A stretch of 64,000 nucleotides of DNA from Candidatus Micrarchaeota archaeon (GTDB taxonomy: Archaea > Micrarchaeota > Micrarchaeia > Norongarragalinales > SBBD01), in assembly GCA_043806595.1 (NCBI GenBank), contig JAZDGU010000018.1:1400-65399 (forward strand), in the 5' to 3' direction. Positions 47,452 through 57,096 of the stretch are shown here, one piece after another (the stretch's first letter is position 1; each line of letters starts with the position of its first letter). A program made the position numbers and the translations under genes. The notes under the pieces were generated by a model, which ran no database searches, was not told where the DNA came from, and worked only from the letters and a program-made list of their open reading frames with translations.

Positions 47452-48810
47452 ATGCACGCGCTGAACAAGTACGCCGAGTTTTCGGGCCACGGGGTCATCG
47501 ATGCGATAAGAAGGGAGGCCGGCGACCTCGAGGGCAAGTCGTTCGTCCACGTCAACTCCACCTACTACGGGGGCGGGGTCGCGGAAATGCTCAACTCCTA
47601 CGTCCCGATGCTCAACGACGCCGGCGTGAGCATGGACTGGCGACTTCTCAAGGGCAGCAAGGAATTCTTCTTCATAACCAAGAAGCTGCACAACGCGCTG
47701 CAGGGAAAGCGCGAGATGCCGTCCGCGGAGGAAATCGCGGCGTACGAGGAAACTGTGGCGACGAACGCGAAGTTCTCGAACCTGCGGATGTACGACTGCG
47801 TGATCATCGACGACCCCCAGCCAGCGCCGCTCGTAAACCATTTCCCGAGGAGCTCGCCGGCGCTTTGGAAGCCGCTTCCGCTGCTGCTCGAGCTCGAGGC
47901 CTTCCAGCGCAGGCAGCCGTGGGTGTGGCGCGCGCACATAGACATGAGCAATTCCTACCCTCCCGCGCTCGAACTCATGCGGAAATACATTTCAAAATAC
48001 GACGCGGCCATAGTGTCCCTCCCGTCGTACGCGAAAAATCTGGGAAAGCCGTTCTTCGTCATCCCGCCGGCAATCGACCCGCTATCCGAGAAGAACAGGC
48101 CCATGACCCCCGATGACGCCGAGCGCCTGCTGGGCAGGTTTGGAGTCGATTGCAGGAAGCCGATCGTCGCCCAGATCTCGAGGTTCGACCCGTGGAAGGA
48201 CCCGCTGGGCGTCATCGCCGCGTTCAAGTCGGTGCGGAAGAAGGCGAAATGCCAGCTGGTCATGCTCGGCAGCCATGCCGCAGACGACCCCGAGAGCGAG
48301 ACCGTCTTCCAGCAGGTATTCCGCATAGCCGAGAAGGAGAAGGACGTGGCCCTGCTCACCGTGCAGAGCGACATGCTGGTGAACGCCCTACAGCGCAAGG
48401 CGAGCGTAATCGTGCAGAAGTCCGTGCGCGAGGGATTCGGGCTGACCGTCAGCGAGGCCCTGTGGAAGGGCACTCCCGTCGTGGCCTCGCGCGTGGGAGG
48501 CATCCCGCTGCAGGTCGACGACGGCCTCAACGGCTTCCTCGTCACCGGGACCAAACAGTGCGCGGACAGGATAAGCTACCTGCTGAAGAACCCGGCGACG
48601 GCGAAGGCGATGGGCGCCGCTGGCGCGGAAAAAGTGCGAAGGAACTTCCTCATGCCGCGGCTGGTCCTCGACGAGATCCGCATGCTGAAGAAGATGACCA
48701 AAGCGGGAAAGACCATACGCCCGCCAAAGGCGGTGGAAGCGTTCCTCGGTCTGCTAAAAAAGACCCCGCGCATCGTGCGCAGGGGGCTCAAGCTGCTCGC
48801 AAACGACTGA
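47452..48810 (+). CDS. treT: Trehalose glycosyltransferring synthase TreT-like (GT4)
   Basis: HVNST..GGGVAE, TKKLHNALQG, DPQP, WRAHID, IDPLSEKN, SRFDPWKD, EGFGLTVSEA.WK. Confidence 0.88.
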   Translation: MHALNKYAEFSGHGVIDAIRREAGDLEGKSFVHVNSTYYGGGVAEMLNSYVPMLNDAGVSMDWRLLKGSKEFFFITKKLHNALQGKREMPSAEEIAAYEETVATNAKFSNLRMYDCVIIDDPQPAPLVNHFPRSSPALWKPLPLLLELEAFQRRQPWVWRAHIDMSNSYPPALELMRKYISKYDAAIVSLPSYAKNLGKPFFVIPPAIDPLSEKNRPMTPDDAERLLGRFGVDCRKPIVAQISRFDPWKDPLGVIAAFKSVRKKAKCQLVMLGSHAADDPESETVFQQVFRIAEKEKDVALLTVQSDMLVNALQRKASVIVQKSVREGFGLTVSEALWKGTPVVASRVGGIPLQVDDGLNGFLVTGTKQCADRISYLLKNPATAKAMGAAGAEKVRRNFLMPRLVLDEIRMLKKMTKAGKTIRPPKAVEAFLGLLKKTPRIVRRGLKLLAND

Positions 48811-48841
48811 AGGCACAGGACGGATTGGTGCAGGAGCGGGT

Positions 48842-50146
48842 TCAGACTATGCGCGGCCTCTGCTTGGAGTACCGGCCCTGCTGCCCGGGCTGCGGCCGCC
48901 TGCCCTCTGGAGAGCCCGGAGCCGGGGAAGCCGGCTGGACGCCTGCGGGCTGCGGCTGGTTCTGCGGCTCGGGCGGCCGGGGGGAGGCGTAGACGCCGAT
49001 GGTGGCGATGAGGTTCGTCGCAACGATGATGAGCAGCACGGCCTCGGCGAAATACGGAATCTGTATGCCTTGCGTCGCCGGGTAGGAAGCGAGAACCGCG
49101 GCGGCGAGGCCTCGGGGCAGCATGGTGGTGAGAACCAGCTTGTACTGCAAAAGCCTCCGGTCCAGCCGGACGGCCAACTCGACGCCGATGTAGCGCGCGG
49201 CGAGGACGGCCGCGAGCGCGACGAAGGCGATTACCCATGCGGCGGAAGGCAGGGAGAAGACGTTGAAGAGCGTTCCGAGGTAGACGAAGAAGAACGTGCG
49301 CACGAAGAACGTGATCTCCGTCTGGAAGGCGCGGAACGTGTCATCCAGCTTGAAGTCCAGCGGTATCTTGAAGCGCTCGGCGATGTTGGACGCGTTGCCG
49401 ACGGCGAGGGCGAAGACGAGGACGGCGATCGCGCCGCTGGCCCTGACGGCCTCGACGAAGGAGTACAGCAGGAAGATGGCGGCAAGGGAGAGCATGTAGG
49501 CGTACGGCTTTTCGGCCAGCCGCCTCAGCACGGATATCCAAGCTACGGCGGCCACGAGCCCCAGAAAGGTCGCAATCGCAAACGCACCGATGAACGAGTT
49601 CAGGGCAACGGAGAGATTCACCGAGTTGTGGGCGACGATGTCGAGGAGGGAAACCGCGACGATGATGGAGAGCGCGTCGGTCAGGGCGGACTCTAGGGCG
49701 AGAACCGCCTTTACCGATTCCGCGATGCGCATCCGCGAGACGATGCCGAGGACTATGGATGAAGACGTTCCTCCGACGACCGCACCCAACAGCAGGCCGT
49801 GCGCGAGCGGCCAGCCGAAGGCCGCGGCCATGAACGCGCCCATCGCAAGCACCGTCATGAAGAACGCGGCGAAAGTGAACGCGGTCGCACTGGAGAGTTC
49901 GTTGAGCACGCGGAAGAAGTCGAGGTTGATGCCGCCGTCGAACAGCAGGATTATCAGCGCTATCGTCCCGATGAACGGCGCGGCGGACGAGAACAGCGCC
50001 TCGTCGACGAGATGCAGCCCCGGGCCGACGAGGATGCCGAGGAGCATGAGCAGCAGCGCGTCGGAAATGCGCGTGCGCTCGAACACCGCCGAGGCGAGGA
50101 ACCCGACGACTATGATGACGCCGATGAGGGTGAAAAGTTCGAGCAA
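48842..50146 (-). CDS. Cation:proton antiporter (CPA1/NhaP type)
   Basis: IILLFDGG, GTSS, LES...D, FFVRTFFFV.LG, PRGLAAAVLA. Confidence 0.9.
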   Translation of the reverse strand: MLELFTLIGVIIVVGFLASAVFERTRISDALLLMLLGILVGPGLHLVDEALFSSAAPFIGTIALIILLFDGGINLDFFRVLNELSSATAFTFAAFFMTVLAMGAFMAAAFGWPLAHGLLLGAVVGGTSSSIVLGIVSRMRIAESVKAVLALESALTDALSIIVAVSLLDIVAHNSVNLSVALNSFIGAFAIATFLGLVAAVAWISVLRRLAEKPYAYMLSLAAIFLLYSFVEAVRASGAIAVLVFALAVGNASNIAERFKIPLDFKLDDTFRAFQTEITFFVRTFFFVYLGTLFNVFSLPSAAWVIAFVALAAVLAARYIGVELAVRLDRRLLQYKLVLTTMLPRGLAAAVLASYPATQGIQIPYFAEAVLLIIVATNLIATIGVYASPRPPEPQNQPQPAGVQPASPAPGSPEGRRPQPGQQGRYSKQRPRIV

Positions 50147-50203
50147 ATCATTGCACCTGCCATGCCGTTAGCCGCGCCGGGATTTTAAACGTTTCACTGA
50201 ACT

Positions 50204-51145
50204 TCATCCTCCCCCGAGGAACTGGATAATGAAGAAAGCGAGGTAGCCGAAGATGAGGAGGAGGCCGTCGCGCTTCTGCAGGCCGCCGCGGATCACGATG
50301 AAATACAGGAGGACGATGTTGGCGATGACGGAGAAGACCACCAGCTGGACCGCCGGCGCGAAGGAAATCTGGGGGTTGATGACGAGCGCAGTGCCGAAGA
50401 CGAGGGAAAGGTTCGTGATGGCGCTGCCGACGGCGTTGCCGATGGCCATGCTCTCGCGCCTCTTGAGCGCCGAGACCACGCTCACGGAAAGCTCGGGAAG
50501 CGTCGTGCCGAGGGACACGATCGTGGCGCCGATGACGGTCTCCGCGACGCCCCACGTCTGGCTGAGCGCGATGGCGTTGTCGACCGCGACCTGCGCCGCG
50601 ACGATGACGAGCGCGATGAAGAAGCTGAACTTCGACAGCGGGGGCGCCAGAGAATGCAACGACGGGGGCGCGCGCTTGGCATCCGCACGCGCCCGGCCGC
50701 TGTGCACGAGGAGCCAGTAGACGTAGGCAAGGTAGACTAGGAGGAGCCCCGCGCCGGCAAGCCGGTTCGGGTTGTAGACCACCATCAGCAGGGAGATCAG
50801 GCTCGTCGCAAGAAGCACCATCACGAGGTTCCCGGTCTCCTTGCGCTTGATGTGGACGACGCCGAGGAATGCCGCGACTCCGACAACGAGGGAAACGTTG
50901 ACGAGGTTGGCGCCGAAGACGTTTCCGACGGACAGGTCGGTGGCGCCGCGGAACGCCGCCGAGACCGACACCACCAGCTCGGGAAGCGAGGTGGCGGCCG
51001 AAAGGAGGATGAAGCCGATGGCGAGGTCGCTGACGCCCAGCTGGCGCGCCAGCAGGGCCGCGTAAGTAGTGGTCTTCTCGCCGGCCTTGAATATGACGAC
51101 GACGCTGCCGGCAAGCAGGAGGAAAGGCAGAAACCACTCGTTCAA
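50204..51145 (-). CDS. Ca2+/Na+ antiporter (CaCA, YrbG-like)
   Basis: Alpha repeats ATSLPE...GNVFGAN and GTTLPE...GNAVGS..TN. Confidence 0.92.
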   Translation of the reverse strand: MNEWFLPFLLLAGSVVVIFKAGEKTTTYAALLARQLGVSDLAIGFILLSAATSLPELVVSVSAAFRGATDLSVGNVFGANLVNVSLVVGVAAFLGVVHIKRKETGNLVMVLLATSLISLLMVVYNPNRLAGAGLLLVYLAYVYWLLVHSGRARADAKRAPPSLHSLAPPLSKFSFFIALVIVAAQVAVDNAIALSQTWGVAETVIGATIVSLGTTLPELSVSVVSALKRRESMAIGNAVGSAITNLSLVFGTALVINPQISFAPAVQLVVFSVIANIVLLYFIVIRGGLQKRDGLLLIFGYLAFFIIQFLGGG

Positions 51146-51211
51146 GGCAAATCAACCTTTAGGCGTTAGGCCGGAAGCTTATAAAAAACGGCGCTCTCTG
51201 CGGACGACGGG

Positions 51212-51706
51212 TCAGGCCGGCGGAACCCCGTCGGGCGATGCTGGTTCAAGCGGCTCGACAGCCGGAGGCTTGGGTTTGCGCAGGGAAGAGGAATAGTACA
51301 CCGCGCCGTCGACGCTGTCGAGGATGATGCACGAGAAGCCGCCGGGCACGGAGAAGATGCGCCGCCAGTTGGCCTCCTCCTCGACGCCGTCGCGGGAGAA
51401 CACGCGGAGCAGGAGCGTATTGTCCTCCACGGCGCGCAGGTCCGCGCCGGCGCGCTTGCCGAGGCCGACGAGCAGGTCGAAGTCGATGCTCCAGTAGCGG
51501 TCGTGGTAGTCCGCCCACTGGAGGTAGAGGATGCGGGACTCCGGGCGGGCGTTGCGCGCGATGATGCTGCACGCGAGCCAAGAGAGCCAGCGCGCGCTCG
51601 GCGAGCGCAGGGTCAGGATGCCGCCGCTCACGCCGAGCAGCGCGTCAAGGTCCGGCCTGCCGGTCAGCAAGCGTTGCATGGTCGCGGTTTCCGCGGTCGA
51701 GAACAT
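51212..51706 (-). CDS. Inactivated, apparently truncated RadA/RecA-like protein
   Basis: LLTG.P.LD.LLG..GG, degenerate Walker A, RecA-like strand pattern up to CIILDS, then a short low-complexity tail. Confidence 0.6.
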   Translation of the reverse strand: MFSTAETATMQRLLTGRPDLDALLGVSGGILTLRSPSARWLSWLACSIIARNARPESRILYLQWADYHDRYWSIDFDLLVGLGKRAGADLRAVEDNTLLLRVFSRDGVEEEANWRRIFSVPGGFSCIILDSVDGAVYYSSSLRKPKPPAVEPLEPASPDGVPPA

Positions 51707-51923
51707 CGAGGTCGCACCTCATGCGGGTCAGCATCACCAGGAGGATGGCGACGCCGATGTCCGCCTCGTCCGCGGCGTCGATGGCGGTGCGCCGGTTGCG
51801 CGCGCGGGAAAGAAGCGAGTCGAAGGCCTCGCGCTCGTGCGCCGGCAGGGAGTCGCGCAGGCCGCGCCAAGAGGCCAGCTTGGAGTCGAGCCTCGCCGTA
51901 ACCGAAGGAATGCTCCTGCCCAT
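51645..51923 (-). CDS. Small helical protein resembling the PolB2-operon partner (arCOG07300-like)
   Basis: MGRSIPS...W...R..L...EREAFD.L...AR pattern, recognised from memory. Confidence 0.65.
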   Translation of the reverse strand: MGRSIPSVTARLDSKLASWRGLRDSLPAHEREAFDSLLSRARNRRTAIDAADEADIGVAILLVMLTRMRCDLDVLDRGNRDHATLADRQAGP

Positions 51924-52031
51924 ACGCCCCCAACCCCGTAGCAGGGAAGCGTTGGGGCGGGAGGGTAATAAGGCCGTTGCGGGACCGCGTTTCCGGTGCG
52001 GTTAAAAAACTCCGCCGGGGACACTCTTTGC

Positions 52032-53099
52032 ATGGGCTTGCGCGAAAGGGAGCTGGAAATCCGCGGGAAGCTGCGGCCGTTTGTCGAGAGGTCACTGGGG
52101 GACAAGACTCCGCTGGACACCAGGCACCCGCACGCAAGGCCGATAATAATGGAGCTGAGGAGGGTGCGCGACGGGAATGGCGTGCCGTACGCGGGCCACG
52201 GCACGTTCCGCGGCTACCTCGAGAAAAGGTTCGGGTACATGGGCCACCACGGCCTGGCATATATGCACCCGAGGGAAGCCATCGACTATGCGGAGAGGCT
52301 CGCGGCAATGATTCTGCCGAGGCAGGACCGCAGGAGGAGGAGGCAGCCGCTCAGGCCGGAGGACTGGAGGGTCTGGGATACTGCTAGAAGGATGCTGCAC
52401 GAGCACGGATGGTTCGACTTCCAGGAGCTGGCAAGGAACCACGGGGACCTCACGCGCACCCAGCTCGTCTACATCGTGGGCAAGCTCCAGCTCGCGAAAG
52501 TACTGGGAAAGGCGCCAAAAAGGCGGAGCGCGAGGAGGACGAAAGACAAGAGGAAGGCGGACGAGAAGCACGAACTATATAGGATGTACGAGCACCTCGT
52601 GCCCGAACTCGCGCGCCAGATTGCAAGGCGATACGGGGGCCTTTTGGAGAGGGACGAGATCGAGTCCTCTAACCGCATGGCGCTGCTGCGGACGGTAAGG
52701 AAGCTCGACAAGCGTGCAGCCGAGCTGAGGAAGGTGCAGTACATCCGGAGGGCGATGATCAACGCAGCAAGCAACCTCGCAAGGCATGCCGGAAGAGGCC
52801 GCGCGGACATGCATATCACCGGAAGAGACGGGGAGAATCTGCAGGAAGGGGGTTCCGCAAACGGCGCGGAAGATGTGACCCGGGGTCATGAGACGATGGA
52901 AGGAGTGCGGCAGCTGCTGGAGCTGCACCGCGCCGGAAGGATGACCGAGAACCACGTGCTGGCGCTGCTGCTGAACGGAAGGCACGGCCTGCAGGCAACG
53001 CAGATCAGGGGGATACTCGGAGGGGTTGGCAAGTCGCAGGCGTGCAGGATATTGAAGGAGGCGAAGGAGAGGAGCAGGGTAGGGCCAAGGGGGTCCTGA
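52032..53099 (+). CDS. Basic protein with sigma70-like region 2 and region 4 segments
   Basis: LYRMYEHLV..LARQIARRY....ERDEI......ALL..V.K.D...YI..AM.N and MTENHVLALLL....GL...QI..ILG...SQACRILKEAKER. Confidence 0.6.
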   Translation: MGLRERELEIRGKLRPFVERSLGDKTPLDTRHPHARPIIMELRRVRDGNGVPYAGHGTFRGYLEKRFGYMGHHGLAYMHPREAIDYAERLAAMILPRQDRRRRRQPLRPEDWRVWDTARRMLHEHGWFDFQELARNHGDLTRTQLVYIVGKLQLAKVLGKAPKRRSARRTKDKRKADEKHELYRMYEHLVPELARQIARRYGGLLERDEIESSNRMALLRTVRKLDKRAAELRKVQYIRRAMINAASNLARHAGRGRADMHITGRDGENLQEGGSANGAEDVTRGHETMEGVRQLLELHRAGRMTENHVLALLLNGRHGLQATQIRGILGGVGKSQACRILKEAKERSRVGPRGS

Positions 53100-53124
53100 A
53101 GCTACTGCGAACGCGGGGGAAGGC

Positions 53125-54039
53125 CTACCTCATGTGCAGCTCGAGGACGTCGCCGTCGCGGAGGACGTACGAGCCGGAGACGCGCTGGCCGGCGAACTTG
53201 CCGCCGCCCCACAGCTTCGCGAACTTGAAGTTCTTGAACATGTCCTTGTGGATGGCCTTGGCGACGTCGAGGACGGAAGAGCCGCGGCGGACGACGAACG
53301 GCTTCTGCATGTCGGTTTCGCCGTGCGGGTTCTTCGTGAACACGCGGATGATGTCGAGCTTCTCGACGAGGAGGCGCTTGAGCGCGAGGATGGAATCCGG
53401 GGAGGAGGCGTCGAAGACGAAAGCCGAGGAAAGCAGCCCGGCGGCGGGGTCCTTGAAGCCCGCGGAGAAGAAAGTCTGCTTGGAGATTACGGGCAGGGGA
53501 GAGGGCGCGTCCTTGAAGAACTCGAGCTGCCTGTCGAGGCCCTGCAGCGGGTCGAGGACGATGATGCAGAGGTCGGCGTTGCGCGCGACGCTGAAGAGGC
53601 GGGCCTTGTTGGCCGCCATCGCCGAGGGCAGGTCGAGGATTTGCAGCTGGACCTTCTCGAAGTCCATCATGCCCGGCGTCGTCTCCCGCGTCTCGAAGGG
53701 GACGGGCGTGCTCGAAAACTTGAGGCCGGTGAGGGCGTTGAACATCGCGGTCTTGCCCGCGTTGGGGAAGCCGAGGAGCGCGACCTGCGCGGCGCCCTGG
53801 CTCTTGACGAAGTCGCCGGCGCCCTTCCTGCCGGCCTTCTTCTTGGCCTCGAGGATCTTTTGCTTCTTGAGCGCGGAAATCCTGTTGCGGATGTCCATGA
53901 GGATGGAGTGCGCGGACTTGTGCTTGGGGCAGAACTTGAGCATCTCCTGCAGCGCCTGCATCCTGTCCTCGTAGGTCTTGGCGGAGCGGTAGCGCTCCTC
54001 CGCGGCGTAATATTCCGGGCCTGCGTTAAGGGAAGCCAT
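53125..54039 (-). CDS. OBG/DRG-family GTP-binding protein with TGS domain
   Basis: PKHK, GAAQVALLGFPNAGKT, PGMM.F..VQLQILDLP, IRVFTK, IHKD....F.FA..WG, L.DGDVLE. Confidence 0.88.
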   Translation of the reverse strand: MASLNAGPEYYAAEERYRSAKTYEDRMQALQEMLKFCPKHKSAHSILMDIRNRISALKKQKILEAKKKAGRKGAGDFVKSQGAAQVALLGFPNAGKTAMFNALTGLKFSSTPVPFETRETTPGMMDFEKVQLQILDLPSAMAANKARLFSVARNADLCIIVLDPLQGLDRQLEFFKDAPSPLPVISKQTFFSAGFKDPAAGLLSSAFVFDASSPDSILALKRLLVEKLDIIRVFTKNPHGETDMQKPFVVRRGSSVLDVAKAIHKDMFKNFKFAKLWGGGKFAGQRVSGSYVLRDGDVLELHMR

Positions 54040-54106
54040 TTGAACAGCCCACCTTTCCACTGCCTTTACCAGAATCCAATCCAAACTCGTTGGTTGATGT
54101 CCGCAT

Positions 54107-55312
54107 TTAACCAGCACCGCTTGGCCATCTCCCGCTTGCGAGCAGGACGTAATATCCGAAGAGCACGTAGGGGATAGAGTATTTGTTGCGTGATTTCTTT
54201 ACGAGGCACTCCTTTTCGATGAGGCGGTCAAGGTATGCACCGGCGTAGGGCGCGGATTTGCCGGTAAGTTCGGCTACCTCGCTGTTGGTGAATTCTGGAA
54301 TCGCGGCCTTCCCCTCCGGCCATTCCTTGGAGCTTGCTTTCACTATCGTGTTCAGGACTTCTTTTTCTACGTCGCTGAGCAGGCTGAACCGCTTTTCGAA
54401 GAGGCCTCCGCCGGCCCTGGCAACGAGTTCCTGCTGGAAGAGTTCGATGAAGGCCGCGTCTATTGCCTTGTTGGCTTCGTTGGCGCGGTCGTAGAGCACG
54501 TCGCACATGGCGTTGACTGCGAAGGGGTTGCCGTCGCTGAGCACGTGGAGGGCTGCGACGGCGTCTTTGGATACGGATATTTTGCAGCGTTTTTCCATGA
54601 GTTCGCGCAGGAACGTCTCGGTTTCCTGCAGGGAAAGGGGTTTGAGTTCGGTTGGAGGGAAGTAGCGGCCTATGGGGGAGTGGAGTTCCTGGATCTTGCG
54701 GTAGACGCCCATTTTTCCGGAGAGCACGACGGCGTAATTGCATTGTTTGGCCTGCAGTTCCGAGAACGTGTTCCTCAGGAAGGAGAGCGCGCCGTCGATT
54801 TGTTCGAGGCGTTCAGCTTCGTCGATTTCAAGGATAAGGGCGGGCACTCCGGCTTCCTTCAGCTGTTTCCAGAGTTCTAGCAAGTCGTCGGAGAGGTTGA
54901 GTTCGGGCGAGGCAGTGGCTTCGGGCTTCTTGAGCGAGAGCTCAAGGCCTTGGTACTTGACTTCTATGCCCCGCAGGGCGTCCAGGAGCTTGTTCTTGGC
55001 GCTTTCCTTGAGCGAGAGGAGCCGCAGCTGCTTCTGCATGGCGTCGAGGATTGCCATGGAGAGGTAGCCCAGCGTTTTGACGCCGTCGTGCAGCGCAAGG
55101 CGCACCACTACCACGCGGTCTTTTTTGCGTGCTATGGAGGAGAATTCGTCCAAGAGCGCGCTTTTTCCGATGCCTCGGTCGCCGATGACGGCCATGCAGC
55201 GTTGGTTGCCTCCGATGGTTTTCTCTATCAGGCGTTCGAACTCTTTTTTCTCGGCTTCCCTGCCAACGAAGTAGGCGGGCGGGGGCGTCAAGCGGAAGGG
55301 GCTGATTGCCAT
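54107..55312 (-). CDS. AAA+/STAND-like ATPase with C-terminal wHTH
   Basis: SPF......FVGR..E, GDRGIGKS, IDEAE, L.PLS, GNPF, C-terminal Y..RL..K pattern. Confidence 0.85.
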   Translation of the reverse strand: MAISPFRLTPPPAYFVGREAEKKEFERLIEKTIGGNQRCMAVIGDRGIGKSALLDEFSSIARKKDRVVVVRLALHDGVKTLGYLSMAILDAMQKQLRLLSLKESAKNKLLDALRGIEVKYQGLELSLKKPEATASPELNLSDDLLELWKQLKEAGVPALILEIDEAERLEQIDGALSFLRNTFSELQAKQCNYAVVLSGKMGVYRKIQELHSPIGRYFPPTELKPLSLQETETFLRELMEKRCKISVSKDAVAALHVLSDGNPFAVNAMCDVLYDRANEANKAIDAAFIELFQQELVARAGGGLFEKRFSLLSDVEKEVLNTIVKASSKEWPEGKAAIPEFTNSEVAELTGKSAPYAGAYLDRLIEKECLVKKSRNKYSIPYVLFGYYVLLASGRWPSGAG

Positions 55313-55323
55313 GCAGGGATTTG

Positions 55324-55436
55324 AAATAAACGAAATTAAAAGCCTTTGTTTATTCTGTTTATTTGATGTTTTGACGGTTCGCACCAAGCCGAACGTACAG
55401 GCTCGATAAGAGGCCAAATAAACAAAATTAAAAGCC
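55324..55436. repeat. 21-bp direct repeat with internal inverted AATAAAC copies over the ATPase promoter
   Basis: AAATAAACGAAATTAAAAGCC (55324-55344) and AAATAAACAAAATTAAAAGCC (55416-55436); TTTGTTTATT and TGTTTATTT between them. Confidence 0.7.
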
Positions 55437-55587
55437 CGCGTTTATCCTGTAGATATTCATAATTGCCGGCTATTACGCCAAGTGGGGGCGGGCGGGCGCC
55501 GGAAACGAGGCCGCGGAAGAGTTGTTCCCGGGAGCGAAGAAGGAAAAGGAGGCGCCGGGGAGGGAAAAAACGGCGTAAAAGACGACC

Positions 55588-56439
55588 TCAGAGGGACAGA
55601 CCGATTACCCCGGCAACGACTAAAAAGATTCCGATGTACTGGTTTGCCTCAAGACGCTCGCGGTAGAGGGAGCGCGCGAGCACGGCGACGACGAACGGGT
55701 GGCAGGCGGAAACCGCGGTGACGAGGGACGCGAGGGACAGCCTGAGGCCGTAGGCGTAGGAGAGGTTCGCTACGGAGAATAGGAGGCTCATGAGGAGCGC
55801 GGGAAGGAGCGAGGAGGCCTTGGGCTCCTGCCGGCGTCTCGACCGCCAGAAGAGATAATAGGCGGGAATGCCGCCGAGGAGGAGGAAGAAGTATGCGCCG
55901 GCGGGGCCGACGGACACGGAAATCGGCTTGAGGAGGGAATAGGCGACGCCGTATGCAAGGGCGGAGGCCAAGGCCATCTTTGCCCCGGCGACGGGCTTGT
56001 TGGAGGAAAGGCGCTTGCTCAGCTCCGACCACTTGAAGGAGATTAGGATGGTGCCTGCGATCACGACGCCGATGAGAAGGAACTGGAGGGCGGAAAGCGA
56101 TTCGTGGAAGAACAGCACCGAGATTGCCACGACGGGCACGGCGAAGGACGCGGTGATGGGGCTTACGACGCTGACGTCGCCCTTGGAGAGCGCAAGGAAG
56201 TAGGCGACGTTCGCGGCGGTGAAGAATGCGAGGCTGACGAGTATCAACTGAAGGACTCCGGCGGAAGGGAGCGCGGGCGGGAAGAACGCGAACGCAACGA
56301 AATAAAAGAAAACGCCCGAGGCCGCGGAGAAAAGGAGGGTTGTGGCGGGACCTAACCTGCGCGTGACTCGGGAGCCGACGATGTCCGAGAGGGCCCAGCC
56401 GAGCGCGGCAAGCAGGCCGAAGAGGATGCCCAGGTCCAT
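55588..56439 (-). CDS. EamA/DMT family transporter
   Basis: About 10 TM in two repeats; G.VSVVSPI, FF.E.LS, Y.ERL. Confidence 0.9.
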   Translation of the reverse strand: MDLGILFGLLAALGWALSDIVGSRVTRRLGPATTLLFSAASGVFFYFVAFAFFPPALPSAGVLQLILVSLAFFTAANVAYFLALSKGDVSVVSPITASFAVPVVAISVLFFHESLSALQFLLIGVVIAGTILISFKWSELSKRLSSNKPVAGAKMALASALAYGVAYSLLKPISVSVGPAGAYFFLLLGGIPAYYLFWRSRRRQEPKASSLLPALLMSLLFSVANLSYAYGLRLSLASLVTAVSACHPFVVAVLARSLYRERLEANQYIGIFLVVAGVIGLSL

Positions 56440-56448
56440 GTCGGCAGA

Positions 56449-57096
56449 CTAAGCGCGCGCGGCTTTTATTACCACCACCTCCTCGAAGAAGAATCTGCGC
56501 GAGGCGGCGATTTCCGCGCAATAGCCGCGGGATTCGAGGAAGCGGACGGATTTTTCGAAGCGCGCGAGGCTGCTGTCCACGAGAAGCATGACGCCGTCCG
56601 CGGCAAGATGGCTGGGGAATTCTTTGAGAAAGCGGTCGGTGACTTTCCTGCCGGAGGGGCCGCCGTCGAGGGCGGAATTCAATGCGCCAGCAACCCTGTC
56701 AACGCGAGACGTCGGCAGGTACGGAGGGTTGAAGGCAATCGTATCAAATGGCTCGCCGCCGAGGCCGGAGAAGAGGTCGGACCGGATGAAGGAATTGGGA
56801 AGGGGAATGCGGTTGGAGGAGGCGTTGAACTGGGCGCAGGAAACGGCGAGCGGGCTGATGTCCGCAAAGGAGACGGAGGACACCTTCGGGGACCTCGAGG
56901 CGGTGATGCCCTGCATGCCCGTGCCGCAGCCGAGGTCGAGGAAGCGGCCGGAGGCGAGGCGCGCGACCGCGGAGGCGAGAAGCTCGGAGTCCTCGCGCGG
57001 GCCGTAGACGCCGGGAAAGACCGCGAGCGTGATGCCTGCGAAGTCAAGGGCGCCGATGGCGGACGCGTCGTCCCGCTTTGCTTCTTGGGAGTGCAT
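56449..57096 (-). CDS. HemK/PrmC-like methyltransferase (archaeal release factor Gln methylase type)
   Basis: VY.PREDS.LL, LDLGCGTG, SDLF, FNPPYLP, DGG..GR. Confidence 0.9.
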   Translation of the reverse strand: MHSQEAKRDDASAIGALDFAGITLAVFPGVYGPREDSELLASAVARLASGRFLDLGCGTGMQGITASRSPKVSSVSFADISPLAVSCAQFNASSNRIPLPNSFIRSDLFSGLGGEPFDTIAFNPPYLPTSRVDRVAGALNSALDGGPSGRKVTDRFLKEFPSHLAADGVMLLVDSSLARFEKSVRFLESRGYCAEIAASRRFFFEEVVVIKAARA

